From: Octopus vulgaris
Taxonomy: Eukaryota
NCBI GenBank assembly: GCA_951406725.2
Contig: OX597819.1
Coordinates: 125,178,001 to 125,242,000 of the forward strand
DNA: 64,000 nt
Direction: 5' to 3'
The position numbers and the translations under genes were made by a program. The notes beneath the pieces were generated by a model that had not been told where the DNA came from, ran no database searches, and saw nothing but the letters and a program-made list of their open reading frames with translations. Positions 36,800-52,637 of this stretch are shown one piece after another (within the stretch, counting starts at the first letter, position 1; every line of letters begins with the position of its first letter).

Positions 36800-36979
36800 T
36801 AAAAAGCACCCACTACACTCACGGAGTGGTTGGTTTTTAGGAAGGGCATCCAGCTGTAGAAACACTGCCAGATCAGACTGGAGCCTGGTGCTGCCTCCTG
36901 GCTTTCCAGACCTCGGTCGAACTATCCAACCCATGCTAGCGTAGAAAACGGACGTTAAATGATGATGATGATGATGATG
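36800..36979 (+). mobile_element. Family A element (short)
   Basis: Core and tail. Confidence 0.88.
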
Positions 36980-38407
36980 GAACAAAAATCATCAAAGAAG
37001 AAGTTTAGTTGTAGAAATATCAATGCATGCTTGATGACATCCTTATATAAAAGTATAAGACAAAACTTTAGATTTGATAAGTCTATTTGTAGATGTGAAA
37101 GTTTATCAATTAAAGCTAATGGAAAATTCAAAAACTATGAAATAAATCAGCTGCCTAGAGAGTAAATTATGTTATTAAAATAATTAAATTTTTAATATAG
37201 AATGTGTAACTTGTGATGATAGGAAACACAGCTAATAGTATAGCAATCAGTAAATTTCATTTGGCCAACTTAATCTACACATTCTCAACTTAACAGCCCA
37301 GCAATGGAGATTCTGTGCAAGAAATAGCAGCCAAATCTCCCTAAAATCACACCCTACCTTCTTTTAAAAAATAGGATATATTGCACAATGTTAAACTGAT
37401 ATACAAAATAGAATACCCATGATCATAGATGACTTGGGGTTAAACAACAACAGCTTCTAATCTGTGGTTGGATTCCCAGGGAATGTCTTGTTATTTAGAT
37501 TTTGATCAACCCAGATCAAACAGACCCAAGATTAAAGGTATTCCAGGCCTTGACCATCTCATCTTATTTATTTGTTATTTAGGTGTTCAGGTATTCTGTA
37601 TTCACCTCTGTTTTCCAGTGTGTCCTATTTTCTATGATAATAAAAAGTGATGTAAGGGAGAATTAGGTATTATTTCTAATAAGCTAAGCAATCATTTAGA
37701 GGCTTTCTCATTGACTTGTGCCTTGTTTGTGTGTGTCTTGCTATCATTAATTTAATATCTGTTTCTTTTCCCATTAAGAGCATAATTTTCCAGATATTTA
37801 ACCAAATCTTTGCATATTTTATTTTGCAAAATTTTAATTATTTTCATCTATGGTCATCTTCAGGTTTCTTATTCCTAAATATGTACATAGCCACAGACTG
37901 TATCCATACTGGAAACCTATAATTTTAAAGTAAGAATAGTAAGGTCCTTATTCTCTGTTTACTGTGTCAGTCTATTTTGGCATGGGATGGACAGATCTTG
38001 ACTTTCGCAAGTATTTGTATCTACCATAAATTAATTCCTTAATTATCTTATGTGAGAATGTTCATGCACAACCGTGTATATATATGGGTATGCATGCGCA
38101 CTTCCCACATTCACACAAATACCACAAGATTTTCAACAAAAACACTGTTAAAGTTAGTTATATGTGTGAATGCATGTGTGTGTCACTTTACCATGACATT
38201 GTGGAGTTGTAAATGAGTATCACCAACATACAAGCGACCTCCTTTATTTTCAGTCTTCTGTGAAAACATGTCCAGTGAAGGAGATATATTATCTTGCTTA
38301 GAAACAAGTGATGGCTAGCCATAGGAAGGATATCCAGCCATAGAAAATCTGCCACAACCAATTCTATCTTGCCCATGCAAGCATGGAAAAGTGTATGTTA
38401 ATAATGA

Positions 38408-38663
38408 TACCTGTGTCGGTGGCATGTGTAAAAAGATTCAAGCGAGGTCATTGCCAGTACCACCAGACTGGCCCTGTGCCGGTGGCATGTAAAAAGCACC
38501 CACTACACTCTCGGAGTGGTTGGCATAAGGAAGGGCATCCAGCTGTAGAAACTCTGCCAGATCAAGATTGGAGCCTGGTGCAGCCATCCGATTCACCAGT
38601 CCTCAGTCAAAATCATCCGACCTATGCTAGCATGGAAAGCGGACGTTAAATGATGATGATGAT
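38408..38663 (+). mobile_element. Family A element
   Basis: Core and tail. Confidence 0.9.
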
Positions 38664-39309
38664 ATATATATCATCACCATTTTAATATCCATTTTTTCAT
38701 GCTTGCATGGGTTGGACAAAGTTTATTGAGGCAGATTTTCTATGATGTCCATCCTATCTTCATCCCTTATCTGTTTCCAAGCAAGATAATATTTCTCCTG
38801 GCCAGACATATTTTCACAGAATGTTTAAAATATTTTCATTTACAACCTCATCTAATGTCAAGATGTCATTCTTCTCTCCTTGGAATTATGATTTATTACA
38901 TACAATTAAATACTATTATCTTTGTTTTTATTATTATTATTTTCTTAATTATGTGTTCAATGAGGAAAAGCCATATGTTTTGCATTAGTGAATGTTAATT
39001 CGCTCATATTCTGCCAGAACTATTTCACTGAAGTGATTGAAGTAGCCAAGCCTCAGAAAAATAAAAAATGAGACTTTATGATTTACAACTTCTTACTTAG
39101 TATCTCACTGAATCTCTTTGCTTCTTTGAATGTCTTAGACAGATGGGGAACTATTTTTAGTATAAGGGCAATTTGCAAGTGCATAAGAGCATTTAAGAGT
39201 ATGTCTCCGGTGAAATTTAATTTTACAAATTCATAGTTATGCATGCAACTTAAATGCAACTACTGTTTCAATCTCAAACAGCTTTAATGATTTTCCATGT
39301 GCCACAGGT

Positions 39310-39632
39310 ACGGCTGGCTTCTGTACCCTTGGCATGTAAAAGGGCACCATTCGAGCGTGATCGTTACCAACGTTGCTTCACTGGCACCTGTGTTGGTAGC
39401 ACGTGTAAAAAGATTCAAGCGAGGTCATTGCCAGTACCGCCTGACTGGCCCCCATGCAGGTGGCATGTAAAAAGCACCCACTACACTCTCGGAGTGGTTG
39501 GCGTTAGGAAGGGCATCCAGCTGTAGAAACTCTGCCAGATCAAGACTGGAGCCTGGTTCGCCAGCCCTCGGTCAAAACTGTCCAACTCATGCTAGCATGG
39601 AAAACGGATGTTAAACAATGATGATGATGATG
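39310..39632 (+). mobile_element. Family A element
   Basis: Core and tail. Confidence 0.9.
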
Positions 39633-39732
39633 CTAATTTGTAACTCTTTAGCATTCGGAGTATTCTGTCCAATGTAATGATTAATTATTTGCATTGTTTT
39701 GAATTACCCATGCATTAACTCATGGCTTTTAA

Positions 39733-40150
39733 AATAATAATAATGAAATTATTGTATACAATGCTCAGGTGCACCACAACTTGTCAAAAGTGCATATAAA
39801 GCATATGCAGTAATGTACAAATGTCTGGAAAGTGAACAGTGTATGAGTCAGATACATGCTTGCGTGTGTATGGAGGGGAGAAAATCAGGTGTAGTGTTGG
39901 CGAATCTCAGGAGGCATGGAAGTTTTGAAGGATGCAGTGCTCCAACAACTAACAACTGATGCTGGCAGTTTCTTCCATGCTTCAGCAACTCTTAGCGTGA
40001 AAAAATGTTTCCGAAAGCCATGGGAGCTGTGCTGTTTTCTGACTTTGTAAATATGTCCACGGGTGTTAGACAGGTGGAGTTTGAAAAGGTGCTCAGAGTT
40101 ATTGTTTGTACAATGGTTAATAATTTTATGGGTGTCTGCCAAGTCAGCTG
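39733..40150 (-). mobile_element. CR1 LINE 3' fragment (family 2)
   Basis: NTRGHIYKVRKQHSSHGFRKHFFTLRVAEAWKKLPASVV with (ATT)n tail. Confidence 0.9.
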
Positions 40151-40847
40151 CCAGACGATGTGATTTCTTATTTTTAGAATGACATTATAAGGTAAGTGCG
40201 AGAGGTTGAATATGGCCAGCCCCAACATAAAACTGGCAGAGTATTTGGGCCAGGTATGGCTGGTTTAAATGCCAAAGGGTCACAGATTTCATCAGCAGGT
40301 GAATTTCAAATTTGAGTGCAAAAGAAATTCACTGAGAGTAAGGGGTTCTATCCTTAGTCTAGAATATATCTGTTTAGCTTTGAGTGAACAGCTTGTCTTT
40401 CTTTTCTTTTTTTTTCAGACATGGTCATTTAGGACTGCATTAATCGTCTTTTTGCTTTTTTTTTTTTATCATGGTAGATTGAGATTTGAGGGATATTTGT
40501 CTACTCTTTTTAGCAGATTGAGCAACAACTCACAGGCTCTCATTGGCTTAATTAATTACAGTATATTTATTGACCTTGTACCTAATTGAAACATCCAAGC
40601 ATGCTGTGCTCTAAGGCTAAATATATTACTTAACTTACCATATGTTGCATTGTTGAAAAACTCACCATGAAAATATCTAACATTCAAATATTTGCGACAA
40701 CAACCCAAGTAAGAATGTGAATGTTCAAAACTTTTCAACTTAAGCCAACATTGATTAAATGAATATAAAATATGTTAGTTATGCATATGTGTGTATGTGT
40801 CTACATATATATGTATATCTGTATGTATCAGTGCTTTTATTGTTGTA

Positions 40848-41716
40848 TGAGGAGGTATCCAAAAGTAAGCAGAAACATTCTCTGCAGGACAAACCCATTG
40901 TAGTTCAGGCTTCCACCACTAGAAGCCACTTAATGTGACCCTCAGGCATCAGTCTGCAGAGTGGCAGAGGTGGGGGGGGAGTCGTACTGCCACATGGTGT
41001 GTCTTTGTTTTGCAGTGCTTCTCCCCTGTTCATTAATTTTTGGAATGGCTGAAAGGAAGGAACTGCATGCTTCCATGAAATTTTGTTTTCTCCTTGGGAA
41101 AATGGTAGCTGAAACAGTTGTCATGCTTCAAACGAAGATGCTACCATGAACAAAACACAAGTTTACAAGTGGTTTTTCACACTTTAGGAATGGTCACTTA
41201 TTGTTTGAAGACCAACCTCATTCAGGATGGCCGTTGACCTCCCGAATGAATGAAAGCATGAAAATTCATGAACTGATCTTGGAGGACTGTCACTGACCAA
41301 TTGATAAACTTGTTATGGTTGGTGTGTCCTGGAGTTCCTGCCAACAAATTTTGAATGAGGAACTGCAAACAAAAAGAATTGCAACAAAATTTGTGCCTCG
41401 CTTGCTCACGGAATGGTCGTGAACTGAAAAAACAGTTGGAAATAGATCCGGATCTTGTTTCGAAGGTCATCACTGGTAACGAAAGTTGGTGCTACAGAAT
41501 GAATTTGCAGATGCGAAAGAGGTGAATGAAAAAATGACGGAGGCGTTGAAAGGCATCACTGCAAGAGTTCCTGCATTGCTTCAAACTATAGTAAACATGT
41601 CTGCACTGAGTCATTGCTTCAAATGGAGAATTCTTTGAAGGTGATAACAGTGTAAACATCTAAAACAAAGTAAATAAAATATTGCAAAATTCCAGCTTCT
41701 TTTGGGTACCCCATCA
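40848..41716 (+). mobile_element. Mariner-like transposon with TIRs, internally deleted
   Basis: Imperfect TIRs TGAGGAGGTATCCAAAAG / CTTTTGGGTACCCCATCA with TA flanks. Remnants MKFCFLLGKMVAETVVMLQT, FVPRLLT, VITGNESWCY. Confidence 0.88.
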
Positions 41717-42042
41717 TATAATCCATTTTTTAGACACTAATATTTATGATTATGCAACATATATTCTAAAAATATATTACATTAAAACACATACATATGT
41801 AAGCACTTGGCTATGTAAAATCTAATATTATTATGTTATTATAATTAATTTTTAACTGATTAATTAATGTTGTAAGGTTTCTGCTGTTTGATTTAAATAT
41901 TTCCACATGCTGAAACTTATGAGATTAAATCATTTCCACTTGTAAATATTTTTATTTTTCTCATACAAAGTTTAGAGCTAATACAGGAGTGTATAACGAG
42001 GCATATTACTAATGTCTTTTTCAATACCGTTTTGCAAATAAC

Positions 42043-42303
42043 ACTGGCACCTGTGCTAGTGGCATGTTTAAAAGGATTCGAGTGAGGTCATTGCCAGTAC
42101 TGCTTGACTGGCCCCCGTGCCGGTGGCATGTAAAAAGCACCCACTACACTCTCGGAGTGGTTGGCATTAGGAAGGGCATCCAGCTGTAGAAACTCTGCCA
42201 GATCAAGATTAGAGCCTGGTGCAGCCATCTGGTTCGCCAGGCCTCAGTCATTCATCCAACCCATGCTAGCATGGAAAGCGGACGTTAAACGATGATGATG
42301 ATG
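42043..42303 (+). mobile_element. Family A element
   Basis: Core and tail. Confidence 0.9.
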
Positions 42304-43171
42304 ACTATTTATAACTATTTCTCATATTCTAGTTAAAGATATTGATTTCCTATTTCTTTCCTACCCCTCCCCCCTCTCTCTCTTTCTTTTTTTCTTTGTT
42401 GTTTTTGCAACTATGGTATTTAACCTTTTTCTTCTGCATGAAGAAGGACAAATGTTTGAAACAGTGAATTTTTTCCCCACTTCTCACTGTTATAAATTTT
42501 GTCTCCTGTCTTCTGTGGATTATCTTTTGATAATATATGCCACCACCTTTGGAGCTGTGAACCTTACCGTAATTTCTACCATGATTCAGGTCACAAAGAC
42601 ACATGCATACAAACACACACACACACACACATATGCAGCAGCCTCTCACACAGGTTTTTTCTTGCAAATTCTCTTGCATTGCTTAGCTCACATCTATAGT
42701 AGAGTGTTACACACTGAAACTTAACCTAAAACTACGTAGCTGCAAAGCAAGCTTCTTGGGCATGGAGGTGCCTGCGCCTATAATTATATTCATCTTTTAC
42801 AAAAACTGGCTTTATACCTTGTCAAAATTACTGATATTCCGTTGCAAAAACCCTCTGAATTTATCAATGGCTGAATGATTGTTTGCTTCATAAACATTAT
42901 GTTGTGAGTTCAATTCCACAGCATGGCATCTAAGTGTCTGTTATATAACCACAGGTTGACCAAAACCTTGACACTGAAATTGAGTCAACAGAGACTGGAT
43001 GAAACTCCAATAGATGGTTTTTACTGATGATTTAGGAAAAATCAGCACGCCGCAGCATATGTGACGAGGCTAGAATAGATGTGTAATAGTGAGAGGTGAT
43101 AAAACTATATTGATGAAGAAGAGAGGGGTTTAATTGTGAGTCTTGATGATGCTATATTGTTGCTGGTATAA

Positions 43172-43583
43172 TGAGTTGGCAGAATCGTTAGCACGCCGGG
43201 CAAAATGCTTAGCGGTATTTCATCTGCTGCTACGTTCTGAGTTCAAATTCCTCTGAGGTCGACTTTGCCTTTCATCCTTTTGGGGTCGATTAAATAAGTA
43301 CCAGTTACGCATTGGGGTTGATGTAATCGACTTAATCCGTTTGTCTGTCCTTGTTTGTCCTCTCTGTGTTTAGCCCCTTGTGGGTAGTAAAGAAATAGGT
43401 ATTTCGTCTGCCGCTACGTTCTGAGTTCAAATTCCGCCGAGGTCGACTTTGCCTTTCGTCCTTTCGGGGTCGATTAGATAAGTACCAGTTATGCACTGGG
43501 GTCGATGTAATCGACTTAATCCATTTCTCTGTCCTTGTTTATCCCCTGTGTTTCGCTCCTTGTGGGCAGTAAAGAAATAGGTA
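43172..43583 (+). mobile_element. SINE family C dimer
   Basis: Head plus two units of about 184 bp. Confidence 0.9.
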
Positions 43584-43859
43584 TAAGGATTGTAGGTTGC
43601 AATAGCATTAGCATATCCTGTTGACTGAAATATTCATTAAGAAGCCACTCTATTTAGTATAGAATTAAGCCCCAAATTTCTGAGATGAGTTCCTAAGTTA
43701 ATAATTAAAAATTTTTTACATTTTTGATTCAATGTTTTTGTGTTTAAACTCTATTTCAATTGGAATGTTTCCCAGTAGTTTTCAGGTGCTTTGGGAAATT
43801 TATATATATCTATGAATAAGATACTTGATTATGGCTTCTGGAAAATTAAAATCAAATTT

Positions 43860-44272
43860 AACAACTGGCATCCGTGCTAGCGGGATGCAAAGAGCACCAC
43901 ACAAGGGTGATCGTTGACAGAGCGGCTAACCGGCTTCCATGCAGTGACACATAAAAGGGCACCATTTGTGTGTGATCGTTACCAGTGTCGCCTTACTGGC
44001 ACTTGTGCTTGTGCTAGTTGGTGGCATGTGTAAAAAGATTCGAGCGAGGTCATTGCCAGTGCTGCCTGACTGGCCCCCATGCTGGTGGCACATAAAAAGC
44101 ACCCACTACACTCTCGGAGTGTTTGGCGTTAGGAAGGGCATCCAGCTGTAGAAACTCTGCTAAATCAAGATTGGAGCCTGGTGCGGCCCTCTGGTTTGCC
44201 AGCCCTCAGTCAAAATCGTCCAACCCATACTAGCAGGGAAATCGGATGTTAAACGATGATGATGATGATGAT
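43860..44272 (+). mobile_element. Family A element
   Basis: Core, tail, units. Confidence 0.9.
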
Positions 44273-45154
44273 AACATTTTTTTAAATTGAAATATAAATA
44301 ATATGATTTTAATATATGAAACATGAAGCATGATGTTATTATGCCTATTAGTGCACACCTTATTACAACCATTCTCCCGTGTCTTTGAATAATTTATTAC
44401 TCTGCTTTTTTAAGAATCACCGTGATTTTCTTTGGAAATTCCAGCTGTAACATTATCTTGACTGACATTTTCAGTATCACACTCTTTAAGATCAATGTTA
44501 AGCAATATTGATGATGTCATCATAACCTTCATCACTATCTACAAATGGAGATGATAATCTTGGTTATAATAGCTAAGCTTCTTCAAATTCCATTGACAGC
44601 CGGTAGCTTCCCACAGCACGGGACATTTGAAATATTATTAAAAGCATCTGTTGTCTTGACAGTGTTAATTGCAATGAAAAGTTGGAGGGTACCGAATAAC
44701 ACTTTTCTAATACTTGTCTGTTGAAAGCAGAGAGAGAGAGAGAGTAGCAGTGGATGTTGGAGGGAACTGTTAGTTCCTCGTAGGATGGTTTGGATTCTGC
44801 TTTTTTTGCTTGGTGGCTACTAAAGCATCACACTTTCCACCATCACTAGTGGAAAGCCGGCACGTATGTGTGTGGAGGGTGGGGCAGTTTGTGTGAGTAG
44901 GACTTGCTTTAATATGAAATCCATTAAAATTACTCTTTTGAACAATTCAGTAATTCAGTTTCCATGACTACTTATGAACCGTTACCTTCCACTTTAAAAA
45001 ACAGTAGGTTTTGATGAAATTAGTGATGTTCTGCTTCTGCAAAAACTAATTACAACTATATTCCACCCATGACCATCCCATCTTTTTTTCTGTATCTTGG
45101 TGTACATTATCCAGTGTGTTCTTCCTTTCATAAGACAATGTAAGCTATTAATCA

Positions 45155-45372
45155 CACCATTCGAGTGTGATCGTTACCAACGTCGCCTTACTGGCACTTG
45201 TCCCCCGTGCTAGTAGGGTGCGAAGAGCACCATCCGAGCGTGATCTTTGCCAGAGCAGCCAACTGGCACGTAAAAGGGCACCATTCGAGCATGATCGTTA
45301 CCAACGTCGCCTTACTGGCACCTGTGCCATTGGCATGTGTAAAAAGATTCAAACGAGATCATTGCCAGTATC
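45155..45372 (+). mobile_element. Family A internal units only
   Basis: Tandem units without core or tail. Confidence 0.8.
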
Positions 45373-45697
45373 TGACCTGTCTTGCTCCAGGTCAGCTTTA
45401 TTTAATCAAGCAAACATATACCTGAAATCAAAGGAATTATAGGCATAACCATCTTGCTTTTTTTTTCCCCATCTCTGTATCTAGGAGTATACAATGTGTT
45501 CTTTTATTAAGTCAGTGGGGAGTAATTTGACAGTGACTTCGCTGTTGTTTCTAGCAGGTCAATGAACATCCCAAAAGCTTTCCCATTGGTTCGTATAGTC
45601 AAAGTTGTTTAATCAGCTTAATTATGCAGATCTAAATGAAAGACTTTCTATGTATCAACAACAAAAAAACATGCTCAGCTTTATGTTTAAGATTCAC

Positions 45698-45921
45698 CAT
45701 CATCATCCTCATCATCATCGTTTAACGTCCGTTCTCCATGCTAGCATGGGTTGGACGGTTCGACCGGGGTCTGAGAAGCCAGAAGGCTGCACCAGGCTCC
45801 AGTCTTATCTGGCAATGTTTCTACACCTGGATGCCCTTCCTAACGCCAACCACTCCATGAGTGTAGTGGGTGCTTTTTACGTGCCACCAGCACAGGTGCC
45901 AGGCGAGGCTGGCAATGGCCA
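45698..45921 (-). mobile_element. Family A element
   Basis: Core and tail. Confidence 0.9.
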
Positions 45922-46275
45922 ATAAACATATTCAGTGTTTCTGTGAATTTAAGACCATATTATTATGCACTGATGCTTTGATTATGACCAAAAATGCAAA
46001 ACCACAAACTATATTATATAATGTATCAATCTTTTTAGACGTTATGGTGTAGTTTAAGGAACATTAGGCTGCTATTTCTAGCAGGTCAAAAGACCACGTA
46101 AAAGTTGTCTTCAATGTCTTATCTTTGTCTTCGCTGATTGTCATGACAACAGACAGTTCCAGCCTCTGATATGCTGGCAATGGATGCTTTTGATTGGTTC
46201 AAATTACATAACTTTAAATGCATGCATGTATCTTTATTACGCATTTCTAGAAAAAAACATGCAATTTTCATCATC

Positions 46276-46692
46276 AGGCGCAGGAGTGGCTGTGTGGTAA
46301 GTAGCTTGCTAACCAACCACATGGTTCCGGGTTCAGTCCCACTGCGTGGCATCTTGGGCAAGTGTCTTCTGCTATAGCCCCAGGCCAACCAATGCCTTGT
46401 GAGTGGATTTGGTAGACGGAAACTGAAAGAAGCCTGTGTCGTATATATATATATATATATGTATGTGTGTTTGTGTGTGTGTTTGTGTGTGTGTTTGTCC
46501 CCCTAGCATTGCTTGACAACCGATGCTGGTGAGTTTACGTCCCCGTCACTTAGCGGTTCGGCAAAAAGAGACCGATAGAATAAGTACTGGGCTTACAAAG
46601 AATAAGTCCCGGGGTCGATTTGCTCAATTACAGGCGGTGCTCCAGCATGGCCGCAGTCAAAATGACTGAAACAAGTAAAGGAGAGTAAAGAG
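46276..46692 (+). mobile_element. SINE family B
   Basis: Full length. Confidence 0.92.
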
Positions 46693-47002
46693 TATCAGTG
46701 TGCAAAATTACATTTTTTTGGAAAATAATCTGGTGAAAATTTGAAATATTCAGTTTCAAGTGGTTGGAAGAAATTTAACAAGATCCAGTTGCCATAACCG
46801 GCTGGGGTTTTTCTTCTTATATTTGTTTCTTGTTTTTTTCTCTCAGACATAGAGTCACTAGGACTACATTATCCAGTGTGTTCTTTATATTTCAAGTCAA
46901 TTGAGTATGATTTGAGGGAGACTTGGCTGCTGTTTCTATCGCGTCTATCCAAGGACTGCGAAAAAGCTTTCACTCATCCTACATAGTTGGTGTGGTACTG
47001 TA

Positions 47003-47543
47003 AAGCAGTGAGTTGGCAGAACCGTTAGCACGCTGGGCGAAATGCGTAGCCGTATTTCATCTGCCATTACGCTCTGAGTTCAAATTCCGCTGAGGTCGAC
47101 TTTGCCTTTCATCCTTTCAGGGGTCGTTTAAATAAGTACCAGTTACGCACTGGGGGTCGATACAATCGACTTAATCCATTTGTCTGTCCTTGTTCGTCCA
47201 CTCTGTGTTTAGCCCCTTGTGGGTAGTAAAGAAATAGGTATTTCGTCTGCCGTTACGTTCTGAGTTCAGATTCCGCCGAGGTCGACTTTGCTTTTCAACC
47301 TTTCAGGGTCGTTTAAATAAGTACCAGTTACGCACTGGGCGAAATGCGTAGCCGTATTTCATCTGCCATTACGCTCTGAGTTCAAATTCCGCTGAGGTCG
47401 ACTTTGCCTTTCATCCTTTCAGGGGTCGTTTAAATAAGTACCAGTTACGCACTGGGGGTCGATATAATCGACTTAATCCGTTTGTCTGTCCTTGTTCGTC
47501 CCCTCTGTGTTTAGCCCCTTGCGGGTAGTAAAGAAATAGGTAT
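47003..47543 (+). mobile_element. SINE family C multimer
   Basis: Head, unit, partial unit, duplicated unit. Confidence 0.9.
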
Positions 47544-48095
47544 TGTATGTATAGGAGTGAAGCATGAGGGATGCATAATAGAAGATCTGCAATTAGTGGA
47601 GTGGAATGAGTTGAAGAATCTCTGTGAGAAAGATTGAAATGTATGCAAAGTATGGAAACTGCTTGGCCATCATGAATGCCAATGGCTGATAGAGAGAAAA
47701 CAGAAATCTACCATGAAGTTGGTTTGCATTAACAATGACTTGTATTAAAGCTAAACCAAGGAAGATCTTGGTTTGTTATGGACTCGAAGGTACAGGATGT
47801 TGATAATGTGATTAGTATAATTGAACGGGAAATGTGTCGTATTCGAAACTTATTCAACCTATGTTAATATGGACGAAATTATGTATTAAAATGGTGATGA
47901 TCATGATGATGGCTACGATCATAATCATGATGGTGATAGCAATGTCAGTGACATCTATGACAAGAAAGAGGTGACTACCATTAAAACCATTTCAATTACA
48001 TTCATCTACTCTACACTAATGAAATATCTTAAAGCTTCTGAACCCCGTTATATTCCCCTATTTCTCTCTCTCTCTCTCTCTGTATATATATATAT

Positions 48096-48340
48096 ATCAT
48101 CATCATCATCGTTTAGCGTCCGCTTTCCATGCTGGCATGGGTTGGACGGTGCAACTGGGGTCTGGGAAGCCAGAAGGCTGCACCAGGCCCAGTCTGATCT
48201 GGCAATGTTTCTACGGCTGGATGCCCTTCCTAACGCCAACCACTCCATGAGTGTAGTGGGTGCTTTTTACGTGCCAGACGAGGCTGGCAAACGGCCACGG
48301 TCGGATGGTGCTTTTTACGTGCCACCGGCACGGAGGCCAT
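48096..48340 (-). mobile_element. Family A element
   Basis: Core and tail, inserted in (TA)n. Confidence 0.9.
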
Positions 48341-48596
48341 ATATATATATATATATATGTATGTATAAAAATTAGAAAAAAACCACCTTTTATCAATTCA
48401 AAATGAACAATTAAATTACACCATCTAGAAAATTACATATAATAGAAATATTAAAAATAAAAAAAAACAATAATATACCGATGATTAAGTAAATTGCAAA
48501 ATAATAATAAAAATGTATATATTATATTTTGTGAAATTTGATTTAGTATTTCTAAATTGAATTTTTCCCTGTAAGTTAGGATTAATATTCCCTCAA

Positions 48597-48630
<34 letters not shown>

Positions 48631-48998
48631 TATACATATACATATACATATATATATATATATATATATCGTTAAACGATGATGATGATATATGGCAAAT
48701 AGAAGATGGCATATACGAGAATTTATTATTAATCACGACAATTGTTTCAACACATCTAACATCGATTCTTCTAGGGTGGGACACTCAACAACTGAAAACT
48801 TGTTAAAATGACTGTTCCGCAATGTAACTTTCCATCTTTCATTTGCCATATCCCTAACGATCACTGTGAAAGTGACTGTGCTTTACCTGTAGTCTACCAG
48901 GTTTAAACCATTTGTTTTATTATCCATCAACCATGATCAAATAAACAAAGCCAAAATCAACTACTGTCTGAATTGAGGTGCATAAAAATGCAATTTAT

Positions 48999-49228
48999 TT
49001 AACCCTTTCGTTACTGTATTTATTTTGAGATGTTCTGTGTTTCTTTCAGTTAATTTTAAATATAACAAAGAATTTAGTAAAATAACTTAGTTATCATTAA
49101 GCTAGTGTTAGGAACAAAAATTATGATTAAGGATTAGTGGAAGATTTTAATTCAAAACTTATGAAAACAAGATGTTTGTACTACAGAACCAGAGGCAGTT
49201 TCAGCCGGGTTGGTATTGAAAGGGTTAA
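48999..49228. mobile_element. piggyBac-type MITE
   Basis: TTAA TSD, CCCTTTC/GAAAGGG TIRs; reverse orientation to the other copies. Confidence 0.85.
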
Positions 49229-49906
49229 CCATTATTCTCTTGTGACAGTCATATGAATTACCAAACTAAAATCAAATAACGTTGAATTGACAATGTTCTA
49301 ATTTATACAAATATCCAGTTGCATGACAGATTGTGAAGAGAAAGAAGAAAATTCAAAATATAGCGGCACTAAATTAATTTATATTGTCCTTCAAAATTTT
49401 TTACACCTGAACTGTTTGATGAAAGACTGTTTTGAAGAATGATTTTTTTCACCAACTTCTTTGTGAGTGATCTTGTTTAGCCTTCAAGCAATTTCACTTG
49501 AATCAAAAGAGGTGGAGAACAGAATTAGAAGCACTTATGAATGAAGACACTGAAATACTCCATAAAATAGAATAAACATGGTGCTTCACCAAAGGGGTAA
49601 AAAAAGATCAATAATTCCCATGACAACTTATTTGAGTAAGACTTCAATCCAATCACCTCTCACTCCTTTCTAAGGAATCAATGAAATAAACCAATACGAA
49701 AGTTATTGATTGGTTACATCATCCTTTTTCAGGTTTTGTTTTAAATTTAGGAGTGAAAGGAGCTTCCCTTCAGTTCTTATCCCAACAAAATCTTTTGGGT
49801 TGGAGATGCAGTCATAGATTACATTAAATTCAGAAGTTCAATATCTGTGTTGTAGTGAAAATGGTACACTCCTTCCCACATGACAAAGTGGTATGAGGGC
49901 CACTAC

Positions 49907-50143
49907 AAGGCGGCGAGCTGGCAGAAACGTTAGCACGCCGGGCGAAATGCTTAGCGGTATTTCGTCTGCCGCTACGTTCTGATTTCAAATTCCACCGAGG
50001 TCGAATTTGCCTTTCATCCTTTCGGGGTCAATAAATAAAGTACCAGTTTCGCACTGGGGTCAATGTAATCGACTTAATCCGTCTGTCTGTCCTTGATTGT
50101 CCTCTCTGTGTTTAGCCCCTTGTGGATAGTAAAGAAATAGGTA
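49907..50143 (+). mobile_element. SINE family C
   Basis: Full monomer ending GAAATAGGTAT. Confidence 0.9.
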
Positions 50144-50470
50144 TAATGACAGTAGTAGTAGTAGTAGAGTCATTGCAGGAGTTCTCAGTTGGAGTCAGTG
50201 TCAGTTATGTGATATATACAAGTTCGAGTTACCGTCAAGGTAGACGTTTCAAAGTCGTAGTCTTGCAGAGCTATCAGCAATAGCACAATAGACAAGTCAA
50301 CGATAAAAACATGTGGAATACTGCCACAACATAAGAGTGGCGACAAGAATATTACAGTGCCAACGACAACATACAATAGATGAGGATCCACATTCTAACA
50401 ATGGTGATAAGGATATAAACAATGTGGGCAACTGAAAAAAAAAAAAATTTTTTTCACTTGCCCAAGTGTA

Positions 50471-52145
<1,675 letters not shown>

Positions 52146-52532
52146 AAATAAACAATTCATGTGGATGATGTTGAAAAATTTTTCACATGTAGAGGCCAGA
52201 TAACCGCTCTGGCAACGATCACGCTCAGATGGTGCTCTTAAAACCCTACTTGCACGGGGCTCAAGTGACAGTAAGGCGACGCTGGTAACGATCACCTCCA
52301 ATACAAATTTCCAACCTTATGTCAATATTACTGTCATCATTTTTAGATGCCCAAAAAACAAAGTACTTCTTTTAATGTCATGGTAGGACTACAACTTTGA
52401 ATGTAGACCAATAAGACTAAATACTGTGACACATTCAATCTGGTCCTCCAGTGGTTTTTAACAGTTCCACTAACGTTGAATTTTGCTCTATTGATATTTC
52501 ATGTCCTTTTTCTTTTTTTTTTGCTCTTTCAG

Positions 52533-52637
52533 TCAAACAATGAACAAGGGTTCAGATCAATTTATATCCTAGCCAACCAGTTAGATCAAACATTAATTTT
52601 TGGTTCACCACTTTATGATGCCCAAGGACCCCTTAAG
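52533..52637 (+). CDS. Internal coding exon, same Sec14-domain gene
   Basis: Long T tract + ctctttcAG acceptor, AAG|GTAAGA donor. 105 nt, phase 0-0. Encodes SNNEQGFRSIYILANQLDQTLIFGSPLYDAQGPLK, in frame between the flanking exons. Confidence 0.75.

Noticed and set aside
50185-50391. 68 aa hydrophobic ORF, CpG-rich, with a GAAACGTC motif on the minus strand
   Set aside because: No recognisable domain, splice sites or complete ribozyme core.
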